Positions 10,379-21,478 of a DNA stretch of 64,000 nt are shown piece by piece (positions within the stretch are counted from its first letter, which is position 1; every line of letters begins with the position of its first letter). Where the stretch lies: the NCBI GenBank assembly GCA_034530615.2, contig JAVRCV020000015.1:160001-224000 (forward strand), read 5' to 3'. The translations under genes were made by a program, and so were the position numbers. The notes under the pieces are model-generated. The model was not told where the DNA came from. It saw only the letters and a program-made list of their open reading frames with translations, and did not search any database. The stretch is from Aulosira sp. ZfuVER01 (GTDB taxonomy: Bacteria; Cyanobacteriota; Cyanobacteriia; Cyanobacteriales; Nostocaceae).

Positions 10379-10813
10379 TCGACTCAAATTTTTGCACTCA
10401 GCATTGCACTCCTGAATTCGGGGTGCCCGATTTTTGTTGAGATTGTTTAACCTGTCCTGATTTTTATACACGTAGCGTTGAGTAAAAACCATTTTTATAG
10501 TTTTATGAATTGCCACCAAAAATCAGCCGCACTTCAACCCTGTTGGTAAGCTTTAAAAACTTAACTTACGGCACTCATACACTAGTAGAAGGGAAAGGTA
10601 GTGATTTTGCTTTGATTAATCTCAAAATTGAATTGATTTTCTAGGAAACGTTGTAGCATAAATCACAGATAGCCGAAAACAGCATAACTGTTTCGGGTTA
10701 GGTATCTACGAATTTATAAGTGCTAAGTTTGGTTTGTTAAAGCTAATTCTTAAGCTATTCTTAACTTTACTCCCTTAGATAGATGTAATTGGATTTTTCA
10801 CAAAAACTTTATA

Positions 10814-10907
10814 TATGGCAATCCGATTTGATATATAAACTACTCGTGGAGGCAGGCAATAGGCAATATGCAATAGAGTTGTTTGCAACTCATTTAGGAT
10901 TGCTATA
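10814..10907. mobile_element. Small MITE-like element with TATAGCAATCC-type terminal inverted repeats
   Basis: Left TATGGCAATCCGATTTGA vs reverse complement of right end TATAGCAATCCTAAATGA; internal GGCAATA heptamers. Confidence 0.65.
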
Positions 10908-11518
10908 GTATCTCTTAAATTTTGCTGTTGTTGTATTTAGAATTATTGAATTCTGCAAAAGCGCGAATTTCATCTATATAACCATGCTTTTTCTTGCTGG
11001 CTTCACAATAATCCAAACCGAACTTGTTTTGAGCTGATCGCCTTCGCGGGTTTTAGAGAATCCTTAATACTTCTTTATTCTCCCTACACCTCCCATACTC
11101 CCCACACTTCAGTCTCCCTCTCAATTGATGATTATTCTCGATTACTGAATTGATGTTCTAGTCTAAGGACAATTTGGCAAAAGTGGATACTCCCTTTAGA
11201 TATCTTGTACGGAGATAATGCCGAGATATATTTTATGAAGCTCATACGAAGCCAAAAGTATCCTATAAGTCTCTAAATAATTTGAAAGCGAAATCGTAGA
11301 ATCCCAGATGTGCTTGGCTTTACTCTCATTCCACCCTTGATAGAACTGGGTGAATTCATAGCAATTTTCACGTGATATGTAATTTAATATCTAAGTTTTA
11401 TAAACCTCAAGTTAAGTTGAGCAAATTATCACTTCAGAAAAATCACGCTTTTCTGTTTCCAAAATTTAAATTACAAATGTATAAGTCGATAAAAATGTGA
11501 TGTTAAAAACTAGAAATT

Positions 11519-12457
11519 ATGAAACCTAAAGACTTCTCAAGTTTTCTAAAAATAGCCCTTTCTACTGTTGGTCTTCTCTGTGTTGCTAGTCAAGGGGCTT
11601 ATGCCGCTGACTTAAAAGGTACGGCATTTAGCATATCTTTAGAGTGTTTAAATGACACTACTGGACTTTTGTTAGGAAAAAACTCTACTGATGCTAATGG
11701 CTGGCAGTATGCATTTGATTCAAATACAGATGGGATGAACGGCAACTACTGGGTTGGCGCTGCACCAGGACAGAAAAATCCCTATGATATCTACGGTATG
11801 GCTGTTAAGGAAACAGCTACCAGTGTGATTGTAGCTCTTAACGGCAACATGAAGTTAACAGGAGAAGCAGAAGCAGGCGCTGCTGGTGGTCAGATTGGTT
11901 ATGGCGATTTGTTCTTCAATATGTCGGGTAAGACCTTTGACAATGCCATGAGTAGCGGAGATTTGTTCGGGATTCGCTTCTCTTCAGTTAATGCTTCTGG
12001 GGTACAACAGCTTGGTGTCTATAGTAATGTTCAGGCTAAGACAGTTACTGATATTAAAGAAGGCTACACTGTCAATACTTATGGAGGCTTGACCGGCGGT
12101 AATAATTCTTACGAGGGACAAGTCAAACAAGGTGGTGGCACTGTAGGCTATGGTGATTTGACTAGTAGCTACTTTACCAATAATGGAAAAGACAATACAT
12201 TCAATCTCAACGCTATCGCTTCTGGAAAATATCTTACTGGCATCTCTTTCCTTTCACAAGGAACTGTAACGCAGCAGTTGTTAGCTACTGGCTATGATTC
12301 TACAAAATTAACTGGTTCGCAAACTATTGCCTTCCAGTTTGATAAGTCTGCGTTTACCCAATCAGTTCCTGAGCCTGCTAACATCGCTGGTTTAACACTT
12401 TTCGGCTTGGCGTTGGCTGGTAGCCAGATTCGCAAAGGCCGTAGTTACAAGTTTTGA
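11519..12457 (+). CDS. PEP-CTERM exosortase-dependent surface protein
   Basis: Signal peptide, G/S/T/N-rich body, C-terminal VPEP + TM helix + basic tail. Confidence 0.9.
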   Translation: MKPKDFSSFLKIALSTVGLLCVASQGAYAADLKGTAFSISLECLNDTTGLLLGKNSTDANGWQYAFDSNTDGMNGNYWVGAAPGQKNPYDIYGMAVKETATSVIVALNGNMKLTGEAEAGAAGGQIGYGDLFFNMSGKTFDNAMSSGDLFGIRFSSVNASGVQQLGVYSNVQAKTVTDIKEGYTVNTYGGLTGGNNSYEGQVKQGGGTVGYGDLTSSYFTNNGKDNTFNLNAIASGKYLTGISFLSQGTVTQQLLATGYDSTKLTGSQTIAFQFDKSAFTQSVPEPANIAGLTLFGLALAGSQIRKGRSYKF

Positions 12458-13073
12458 GTTTGTCCTATCTAAGGTGAAATGAGCAATGGATGCTGTTGGC
12501 AAGATCGCCACATTGAGCTAACAGCTATAAAAATGTATACCTAATTTTAGGTCATATATTCGTTTGAAATTATGTATTATTTGAGAAACTACCCCTCTAG
12601 GATGTCCTAGTAGGGGTTTTATCGACTTTACTGGGAAGACCCCACACGCAGTGTAGTGGAATGTGGGGGTGTCAATTGTTTGTATTTTTGGGAATTTAAA
12701 AGTTTGATGATGTATAATCCGCAGCATAGGTAGTGCCGCTATTCCCTTCAGCAAAAATATCAATAATGCGATAGCGATCGCTCAAGGTTTGCTTTGAAGC
12801 ATCGACAATCACATCACCTATTTGATGCAATGCCTTGCGCACAATGGATACTGACAAATTAATACTGAATTCAGTATTCCCAAAATCAGTTTTGTGATTT
12901 TAGTTCTCAGGAGAAATCTAGATCTCAAAATGTCAGTTGAAATAAAAAAATAACTGTATATCCTAATATTAAAAATCCTAAGAATTTATAAAGAAACCCA
13001 GCTAAAGTGCTGTATCCGAGGAAACATAATTAATAGATTTAAGCAATTTTTTTCCTAGCTTAAGGAGGACCTG

Positions 13074-14543
13074 ATGGTTACAGCAACAGTAACAGGTCAA
13101 CAGGTCAAAATCGGCCCAACCCAGCTGCTGATTAATAACGAGTGGGTAGAAAGTGTCAGCGGCCGCCGATTTGAAACTATTAACCCAGCTACAGGCGAAA
13201 CTATCTGCACAGTAGCAGAGGCAGATGCCGCAGATGTAGATAAAGCTGTGCAAGCAGCTCGTAAAGCCTTCACCAGTGGGGCCTGGTCCAAGATGTCTGC
13301 GACTGGGCGTGGCGAGTTACTTTATAAGCTTGCTGACTTAATTGAGCAGAATATTGATGAGTTGGCAAGGCTGGAAACTCTAGATAATGGCAAGCCTGTA
13401 CACGATGCTTTGGGTGACTTGGGGTTAGTGATAGCTTGCTACCGTTACTATGCAGGCTGGGCAGATAAGGTGCAAGGTAAAACTATCCCGATTAATGGCC
13501 CTTACTTCTGCTATACACGCCATGAGCCTGTAGGTGTAGTTGGTCAAATTATCCCGTGGAATTTCCCGCTGTTAATGCAGGCTTGGAAGTTAGCACCAGC
13601 TTTAGCTACAGGTAATACAGTGGTGATGAAAACAGCTGAACAGACACCTTTATCTGCTCTAAGAGTAGGTGAATTAATTGTTGAAGCTGGCTTCCCGCCT
13701 GGTGTGGTGAATCTTTTATCAGGATACGGCCCAACTGCTGGGGCAGCGATCGCTCGCCACATGGACATTGACAAAGTAGCGTTTACTGGGTCAACTGAAG
13801 TCGGGCATCTGATTATGGAAGCCGCTGCCAAGAGTAACCTGAAGCGCGTTACTTTGGAACTGGGTGGTAAGAGTCCTAACATCGTCTTTGCTGATGCTGA
13901 TATGCGTCAAGCCATAGAAGGTGCCCACCAAGCTTTGTTCTTCAATCAAGGTCAATGCTGCTGCGCTGGTTCGCGGTTATTTGTGGAAGAAAAATGTTAC
14001 GACGATTTTGTCTCCTTGGCTGTAGAAAGAGCTAAAAAGCGGGCTGTCGGCGATCCTTTCGATAGAAACACAGAACAAGGCCCGCAAGTAGACAAAGAGC
14101 AATTCGACAAAGTTATGGGTTATATCGAGTCAGGAATGCGAGATGGTGCCCAAATGCTTTGTGGTGGTAGTCGTGTAGGAGATAAAGGTTTCTTTATTGC
14201 ACCCACTGTCTTTACCGATGTCCGCGATGACATGAAGATTGCTCAAGAAGAAATCTTTGGCCCTGTGATGAGCATTATCAAATTTAAGAACATTGATGAG
14301 GTGATTCAACGGGCAAACAACACCATGTATGGACTCGCCGCCGCTGTGTGGACTCAGGATATTACTAAAGCCCACGCGATCGCAAATAATGTCCGTGCTG
14401 GTACAGTTTGGGTAAACTGCTACGACGTTTTCGACGCTGCTGCGCCCTTTGGTGGATTCAAGCAGTCTGGTATTGGTCGGGAATTGGGCGAGTACGGCTT
14501 GCAACAATATACCGAAGTTAAAACCGTTACTATCAAACTGTAA
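13074..14543 (+). CDS. NAD-dependent aldehyde dehydrogenase (ALDH1/2-like)
   Basis: [37 protein letters not shown] motifs; AGGAGG Shine-Dalgarno. Confidence 0.96.
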   Translation: MVTATVTGQQVKIGPTQLLINNEWVESVSGRRFETINPATGETICTVAEADAADVDKAVQAARKAFTSGAWSKMSATGRGELLYKLADLIEQNIDELARLETLDNGKPVHDALGDLGLVIACYRYYAGWADKVQGKTIPINGPYFCYTRHEPVGVVGQIIPWNFPLLMQAWKLAPALATGNTVVMKTAEQTPLSALRVGELIVEAGFPPGVVNLLSGYGPTAGAAIARHMDIDKVAFTGSTEVGHLIMEAAAKSNLKRVTLELGGKSPNIVFADADMRQAIEGAHQALFFNQGQCCCAGSRLFVEEKCYDDFVSLAVERAKKRAVGDPFDRNTEQGPQVDKEQFDKVMGYIESGMRDGAQMLCGGSRVGDKGFFIAPTVFTDVRDDMKIAQEEIFGPVMSIIKFKNIDEVIQRANNTMYGLAAAVWTQDITKAHAIANNVRAGTVWVNCYDVFDAAAPFGGFKQSGIGRELGEYGLQQYTEVKTVTIKL

Positions 14544-14702
14544 ATTTATTTTTTCAAGGCTCTCGCTCAAATTCAGCCTGAGCCTGATTTATCCCTCCTT
14601 ATCCCATTAAAAAAATTGGGTGTAAGGGGGGTTATGAATGTGATATTTGTTATGGGTTGGGAATGATATATAGATATTGCATACAACCCCAAGAAAATTT
14701 CT

Positions 14703-15917
14703 ATGATAACTGCGATCGCCAGTAGATTTTGCCAATTTATAGTAGGCTGGAAAAGCCAAACTGCTTACTTTTACAGAGGTCAAGGTAAAAATAAAAGCAA
14801 GCATTCCCCAAAACGGCATATCTGGCTAGACTTATTAAGTGGACTGATGGCGCTGTTACTGGTGTTGTCAGTAGTTAACCCAGGACTAGCCCAAAAACCT
14901 GAACAACCATTAACAAAATCATTTTCAGTAGCTACACGTGTTATCCCACCTTTTGTATTTTCAAACAAAGGTGAACTATCTGGCTTCAGTATTGACCTCT
15001 GGCGCAGTATTGCTACCAAGTTGGGTATAGAGTCTAAATTTGTTGAGTATTCAACTGTACCCGATCTGCTTTCTGCTGTTAAGGATAGTAAAGCTAATGT
15101 AGGAATTGCAGCTATTTCAATTACCGCCGAACGGCAGGAGAGTTTTGATTTCTCTTTACCGATGTTTGCGGCTGGGCTTCAGATAATGGTAAGACCCCCA
15201 CAAGCAAATGGCAGTGCCGCTTCTAATATTTTACAATTATTGTTTTCTGCAACTCTTTTGCAAGTATTTGCCATTGCTTTGCTGCTGGTTGTAGTCGCAG
15301 CTCATGTCATTTGGTTGTCTGAACGCAATCACAAAGAAGGGATGATTGATAAATCATACTTCCCGGGAATTTTCAAAGCTTGTTGGTGGGCAGCTGCAAC
15401 ATTAGCAACGCAAGCCGATGAAATGCCTAAGGGAGTACTGGGAAGGGTAATAGCTATTATTTGGATGTTTATCGGTGTTCTTTTCGTTGCTTACTTTACA
15501 GCCGCCGCTACCACCTCACTAACTGTACAGCAACTTCAAGGGGATATCAGAAGTGTAGACGATTTACCAGGTAAGCTGGTAGCAACAACAGCTGGTAGTA
15601 CAGCTGCGAAATATCTGCGCGAACATAAGATTCCAGTTCTTGAAGTTCCGAAGATTGAGCAAGCTTACGATGCTCTACAAACTAAAAAAGCTGATGCTGT
15701 GGTGTTTGATGCCCCTGTACTTTTGTTCTATGCTGCTAATCAAGGTCAAGGCAAAGTAGAGGTAGTTGGTAGTGTCTTCCGTGAAGAAAACTATGGTATT
15801 GTCCTGCCTAATAACAGTCCCTACCGCAAACAAATTAATAGCGCATTGTTGAGTCTCAGAGAGGATGGCACTTATCAATCGCTTTATGATAAGTGGTTCG
15901 ATGCCAAGAAATCTTAA
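14703..15917 (+). CDS. GluR0-like ligand-gated ion channel (S1-M1-P-M2-S2 architecture)
   Basis: Split substrate-binding domain (PPF, AAISITAER, VVFDAP, YGIVLP) around M1, a WW pore helix and M2 (AYFTAAATTSL). Confidence 0.82.
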   Translation: MITAIASRFCQFIVGWKSQTAYFYRGQGKNKSKHSPKRHIWLDLLSGLMALLLVLSVVNPGLAQKPEQPLTKSFSVATRVIPPFVFSNKGELSGFSIDLWRSIATKLGIESKFVEYSTVPDLLSAVKDSKANVGIAAISITAERQESFDFSLPMFAAGLQIMVRPPQANGSAASNILQLLFSATLLQVFAIALLLVVVAAHVIWLSERNHKEGMIDKSYFPGIFKACWWAAATLATQADEMPKGVLGRVIAIIWMFIGVLFVAYFTAAATTSLTVQQLQGDIRSVDDLPGKLVATTAGSTAAKYLREHKIPVLEVPKIEQAYDALQTKKADAVVFDAPVLLFYAANQGQGKVEVVGSVFREENYGIVLPNNSPYRKQINSALLSLREDGTYQSLYDKWFDAKKS

Positions 15918-16008
15918 GTTAAGTAGGCAGTCTCGATAAAAATGGGCATGGGGCATCTGAAAATAGCTGAAATAAGCCAGATTTAGATGCCCAAAGTCGC
16001 ATTGCAAT

Positions 16009-16260
16009 CCGATGCAATTCAATTGCAGGGCGATGCATTAACATAACAAGCCGATGCAATTCAATTGCAGGGCGATGCATTAACATAACAAGCCGATGCA
16101 ATTCAATTGCAGAGCAATGCATTAACATAACAAGCCGATACAATTCAATTGCAGAGCGATGCATTAATATAACAAGCCGATGCAATTTAATTGCAGGGCG
16201 ATGCATTAATATAACAAGCCGATGCAATTCAATTGCAGGGCGATGCATCAACATAACAAG
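16009..16260. repeat. Tandem array of 6 x 42 bp (two alternating 21-bp subunits, CGATGCA core)
   Basis: CCGATGCAATTCAATTGCAGGGCGATGCATTAACATAACAAG starting at 16009, 16051, 16093, 16135, 16177, 16219 with few substitutions. Confidence 0.95.
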
Positions 16261-17030
16261 CCACTCCACGTCTACGCATTGTCATATCAATTTGTTGTCT
16301 GCCATTTGCCACACCACTGACACTGTTGGCAAAAGTGATACAAAGGCACATACAAAAATATTACAAATAAAAGCTGCAATGCCTGCTCGGTCTTTCACTT
16401 TCTGCGGTACATCTACCGTTCTCAGGTCGAAAAGAGTTTTATCTTGTTTTGGAGTTAGAAATACTCTTAAACAGCTGCCAATACATCTGTCACATTGGTA
16501 AATACATCAACCCCATTTACTGAATCTTCACAGGGTTTAAATTTTTACATTGTTCTACTTACTAAAAATTTTAATTTTAAAGATTTGATGAACGAAGTTG
16601 CTAAAACTGGACAAAAGCATCTGCATCAGCTAATTTTTAATCTTGTTTGAGAATTGGTTTTGATTTGCTTAAGTGTAGCTATTAGAAATATCTTATTTTC
16701 TGGAGTTATTCTCATCACTTTTGGGGAGTAAATATGAAAATTTAAATCCGTCGCTTTTATTAGTCAAAGCGTTATTATTTCATTGCTAAAAAATTTTTAA
16801 ATGTAGGAAGAGTCCAGATAAAGATACCGTTGGCGAAACATTTATAAATGCTGTAAATTTTTGTGCTGTCGCGAGAATCTGCTAACGAAAATTTCCAAAA
16901 GCTACTCTTCCAATAAATTCGCCAACCTTATCGCATCCCAGTTATATACCTTAATTATTCCTTTTTTATGATTACCACGATAGGAATAACATGACAACTC
17001 AAATACTGCTTTTAACCAAGGGAAAGTAAG

Positions 17031-19381
17031 ATGGCTCCTACTATTTTGACAGTTAATACTACAGCCGATCAAAATGATGGCAGTGCTACTAATGGTTTAT
17101 CTCTGCGGGATGCGATTTTAATTGCTAATGCAAATCCGACTACTGAGTATGAAATCCAGTTAGCAGGAGGAACAACTTACAACTTATCATCAAATGGGAT
17201 TAATGAAGATGCAGCCCTGACAGGAGATTTAGATATTAAAAGTCGCAGTAATGTGCTTTATATTGTGGCAGTTGGTGGGCAAGCAACTATTAATGCCTCA
17301 GGTTTAATAAACAGCGATCGCGTTTTTCATGTACTGGCTGGAGGAGCATTAAGCTTACAGAATGTAGTCGTTACGGGCGGCAAGATATCTAGTAGTAGAG
17401 GAGGTGGAGGCATTAGGGTTGATTATAATGGCGCTCTAGATTTATACAACACTACCATCAGTGGCAATAGTGCAGAGAGTAGCTATCAGGGTGGCGGTAT
17501 TTATAACGATGGTACAGTCTACTTGCGAAATAGTTCTATCAATAACAATAAAGCTAGCAATGGTGGCGGTATCCTTAACAATGGCACTCTGATTGCGACT
17601 AACTCCAGTATCAGTAGTAATAGCTCAGGTAGTGGAGGTGGAATTTATAACTTTGATACATTGACCCTGATCAATACTACAGTTAGTAATAATACTGCAA
17701 GTAGCAGTGGTGGGGGTATCCTAGGTAACGGTAGCTCTGCCTCTATTGCTTTAGTTAACACAACAATTAGTGGAAACAGTGCCGGAACTGCTGGCGGTGG
17801 TATATATACTACTGGCGGCGGCGTGACAAATATACTTAACAACACGATTACCAATAATACAGTTAGTGGCAGTTTAGGAGGAGGTGGAATTTATGGCAGT
17901 GTCAATTTAAAGAACACAATTGTTGCCGGAAATTTTAACAATTATAATAACCAGGGAACAGGCAAAGATATTCAAGGAACAGTTAACGGCAATAATTACA
18001 ACCTGATTGGCTCTCTAGCTGGAGCCAGTGGTACTGTAGGCACAGGTACAGATATCGTTAACCCCAACCCCGGACTCGGCCCCCTACAAGCCGACGGTAC
18101 TCATGCTCTCCTTCCTGGTAGCCCTGCGATTAATGCTGGTAGCAACAGCTTAATCCCTGCTGATACAGAAGACCTGGATGGTGATGGAAATACAACAGAA
18201 CCCATTCCCTACGATCAACGCGGTTTGACGCGGGTTGTTGGTAGTACAGTCGATATTGGCGCATTTGAGGTACAATCAGCTCCCTTATCTACCCTCAGCA
18301 TCAAAGATATTACTGTTAGCGAAGGTAATACAGGGACAAAGAACGCAACATTTACTGTGACTCTTTCTGCCGCGAGTAACTCTGTTGTCACAGTTAAGTA
18401 TGCTACTGCTAACGGCACAGCTACAGCAGGTAGTGACTATACCGCCACCACAGGTACATTAACTTTTAATCCCGGCGATACCAGTAAAACTCTCAATGTT
18501 GCTGTGACTGGCGATCTCACAGCTGAAGTATACGAAACTTTCTTTGTTAACCTTAGCAATGCTGCTAATGCCACTATTGCTGATAATCAGGCAGTGGGAA
18601 CCATAACCAATGATGATGGTGGTAGTGGGAATGATACTCTGGCTGGTGGTAGTGGGAATGATACTCTGGCTGGTGGTAGTGGGAATGATACCTACGCATT
18701 CAATGCTTCCACGCCATTAGGTAGCGATACCATACAAGAAACCAGCACAGGCGGCAATGATACTATCAGTTTTAGTGGTACTAGTACTGATGTCCGGCTG
18801 AATTTAGGTGTGATTACGACGCAGACAGTCAACAGTAACTTGAAGTTGACTCTATCTGCTAATAATGTGATTGAAAATATAGTCGGTGGTAGTGGAAGCG
18901 ATCACCTGATTGGCAATAGCCTCAATAATAATCTCAATGGGGGCAGTGGCAATGATGTGTTAACTGGTAGAAGCGGTGCAGATACTTTAATTGGCGGGGC
19001 GGGAAATGATATTCTTTCTGGTGGGACTGAGAGCGATCGCTTTCGGTATAGTGGAGGAGGAGCTTTTACCAGTAGCAATTTTGGTGTTGATATCCTGACT
19101 GACTTTACCTCTGCTAGCGATAAGTTGGTGTTGAGTAAACAGACTTTTACCGCTTTAACTAGTGTTGTGGGTGATGGGTTGAGTCAAGCTTCTGATTTTA
19201 CTACCGTAGAGGATGATGATTTAGCTGCAACTAGTACAGCATTCTAGTTTACAGCGTCAGTAGTGGCAGTCTTTACTATAACCAAAACGGCAGTGCTGCT
19301 GGGTTTGGTACTGGTGCGGAGTTGGTTAATTTGATCAATTTGCCTACTTTGACTACTGCTGATTTTGAGATCGTTACTTGA
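17031..19381 (+). pseudogene. Secreted beta-helix/Calx-beta/RTX protein with a 1-bp frameshift near 19244
   Basis: LSLRDAI start, GGGI repeats, SPAINAG..DIGAFE, Calx-beta, GGSGNDTL nonapeptides; ORF stops at 19247 but VYSVSSGSLYYNQNGSAAGFGTGA...DFEIVT* continues in another frame to TGA 19379-19381. Confidence 0.75.
18618..18690 (+). repeat. 27-bp tandem repeat (about 2.7 copies) encoding RTX nonapeptide GGSGNDTLA
   Basis: GGTGGTAGTGGGAATGATACTCTGGCT repeated exactly. Confidence 0.9.
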
Positions 19382-19402
19382 TACTAATCTGGCATTGAGC
19401 CG

Positions 19403-19550
19403 CGCCACTTGCTACAACGGGGGAAACCCCAACAGACACTTGCTACCCTGCGGGAAGCCCCTATGCATCTACAAGTCAGCGGAGCCGACGACAGTCGCTT
19501 CAAGCCGTGAGACCCGTCCACATCACTGTCTCCGCAACGCAGTGGCTCCT
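19403..19550. repeat. Nested small dispersed palindromic repeats
   Basis: Outer CGCCACTTGCTACAACGGGGGAAACCCC...CGCAACGCAGTGGCTC interrupted by related elements (ACTTGCTACCCTGCGGGAAGCCC; CAGTCGCTTCAAGCCGTGAGACCCG). Confidence 0.7.
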
Positions 19551-19558
19551 TTGCCTTC

Positions 19559-20371
19559 TTACCCTTCTTGAGCAAGTTGCGCTTTTGCTTGTTGCCACAA
19601 AGCTTCTAACTCTTCCAAACTGTAATCTGAAAGGGGGCGGTCAACGACTGCCTCCATCTTTTGTAACCGTTGGATAAATCTCTGATTTGTGCCTTGCAAA
19701 CCTGCACTAGGATCGAGGTCATGCCAACGGGCTAGCTGAATAGCTGCAAATAGTAAATCGCCTAATTCTGCTTGTTGGGCTTCCGGTGTTTCTTCAGCTA
19801 AAGCCTGGCGAAATTCTTCTAACTCTTCATGGAACTTAGCCCACACTCCGTCGATGTTTTCCCACTCAAATCCCACCGCCGCCGCTTTTTCGGAAATCTT
19901 CATCGCCGCCATTAATGGGGGAAGGCTACGCCCATAGCGACTGAGTTTAACACTGAGTTTTTGATTTTCTGGAGATGGTTCGCCTTTTTCTGCGGCTTTG
20001 ATTTCTTCCCAGTTTTGCCGCACTTCATCGACACTCGCAACTTCGACATCACCAAATACGTGGGGATGACGGCGAATCAACTTTTGGGAAATCCCTTCAG
20101 CAATTTCTTTGAGAGAAAATTGTCCTGATTCACTAGCGATTTGGGCTTGCAGTACTACCTGTAATAATAAATCTCCCAACTCTTCTGCGATCGCCTTCCC
20201 GTCGCCACTCTTAATCGCATCTACCACCTCATAGGCTTCCTCAATGACATAAGGTGTCAAACTCTCTGGAGTCTGCGCCAAATCCCAAGGACAACCACCA
20301 TCAGGCGATCGCAACTTTGCGACCACCTCAATTAATTCCTGTAACGCCGCTAAAGTATTATTCATAGTCAT
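19559..20371 (-). CDS. mazG: Nucleoside triphosphate pyrophosphohydrolase MazG
   Basis: LRSPDGGCPWD, EEAYE, EELGDLL, RRHPHVFG and a second ELGDLLF domain. Confidence 0.95.
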   Translation of the reverse strand: MTMNNTLAALQELIEVVAKLRSPDGGCPWDLAQTPESLTPYVIEEAYEVVDAIKSGDGKAIAEELGDLLLQVVLQAQIASESGQFSLKEIAEGISQKLIRRHPHVFGDVEVASVDEVRQNWEEIKAAEKGEPSPENQKLSVKLSRYGRSLPPLMAAMKISEKAAAVGFEWENIDGVWAKFHEELEEFRQALAEETPEAQQAELGDLLFAAIQLARWHDLDPSAGLQGTNQRFIQRLQKMEAVVDRPLSDYSLEELEALWQQAKAQLAQEG

Positions 20372-20419
20372 TTGTTATTAGTCCTTTGTCATTAGTTAAG
20401 AGTCAATAGGCAAGAGTCA

Positions 20420-21067
20420 TCATTCATTATTCTTCCTTGTCTTCCTCGTCCCCCTTGTCCCCACGTCCCCGCGTCCCCGCGTCTTCGCCCCCGTAACCCG
20501 CCGACTTGTTTTAGTAGATTTACGTTTCTTAATTTTGCCACTTGGAAGTAAGGCACGGATGCCTTGTTTTTTGACACGCTTGTATGCGGAACCGCCCCAA
20601 TCGCTCAGAGAATGGCTCATCGCACCGAGTTCCATACCCAAGAATAAGGCAAGGAATTCAGTACCGTAACTCGTTAGCGATCGCCCGACTGTTCCACTGA
20701 CGTTTTGCCAAATAAAGGCGATATTCCACAGCTTTTCGGCAACTGCTAACACAACAATTGCCACAATAGCCAGTAAGCAACTCAGATAAAGTACTCGTAG
20801 CGTTGTGCCAATAATCGGCCCGTGGGATAAGAAAGAGCGATGACGTAAACTTTTTTGATAAGGTAGCCAAATCCAGCGCAAGAAACCCCAACGTTGGTAT
20901 TGAACGGAGTAAATATCTAAATCCGGGCCGAACATCAACCCGCCAAACAGAAACCCGCCGGAAACCAATAAAGTCACATTGCTACTGCGAGTCTGCCAGA
21001 AAGTCACACCCGCCACAAACGGCAGAGCATACAGTGTAATGCTATCGTGGGTTCGACCAGAGGGCAT
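20420..21067 (-). CDS. DUF2227-like putative metal-binding membrane protein
   Basis: MPSGRTHD, GPDLD, HRSFLSHGP, SHSLSD motifs; C-terminal tail runs through repeat DNA. Confidence 0.8.
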   Translation of the reverse strand: MPSGRTHDSITLYALPFVAGVTFWQTRSSNVTLLVSGGFLFGGLMFGPDLDIYSVQYQRWGFLRWIWLPYQKSLRHRSFLSHGPIIGTTLRVLYLSCLLAIVAIVVLAVAEKLWNIAFIWQNVSGTVGRSLTSYGTEFLALFLGMELGAMSHSLSDWGGSAYKRVKKQGIRALLPSGKIKKRKSTKTSRRVTGAKTRGRGDVGTRGTRKTRKNNE

Positions 21068-21149
21068 TTCAAGGTTCTCAAAAATTTTTTCTCAAAAATA
21101 CTAGCGCGATTAAAAATCTTTTGCTATATTGTTTAATTGTGAGTGCAAT

Positions 21150-21222
<73 letters not shown>

Positions 21223-21478
21223 TCAAGTTAAATAAGGCTAGAGACAAGTTAAAATCTGTTTCTAGCCTTTTTAACTGTTTAAGAAATTGGTTAACATCGC
21301 AAAAGTACGGTGAGATTAAGTTTTTAAGTGCGATCGCGCTGATAGTGTAGTCCTGGTGTTGGTGCATCATCAGAGCTTGAAAAGCTTTACTCGCTTGTAA
21401 CAAGTTACAAGTTACAAGTTACCAATGACTAGAATAGAATTTGTTGGGTGCTATAGGATTTTTGCAGGACTCTCAATA

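Noticed and set aside
16009..16260. CRISPR array
   Set aside because: Units are contiguous near-identical repeats with no unique spacers, and no cas genes are in the window.
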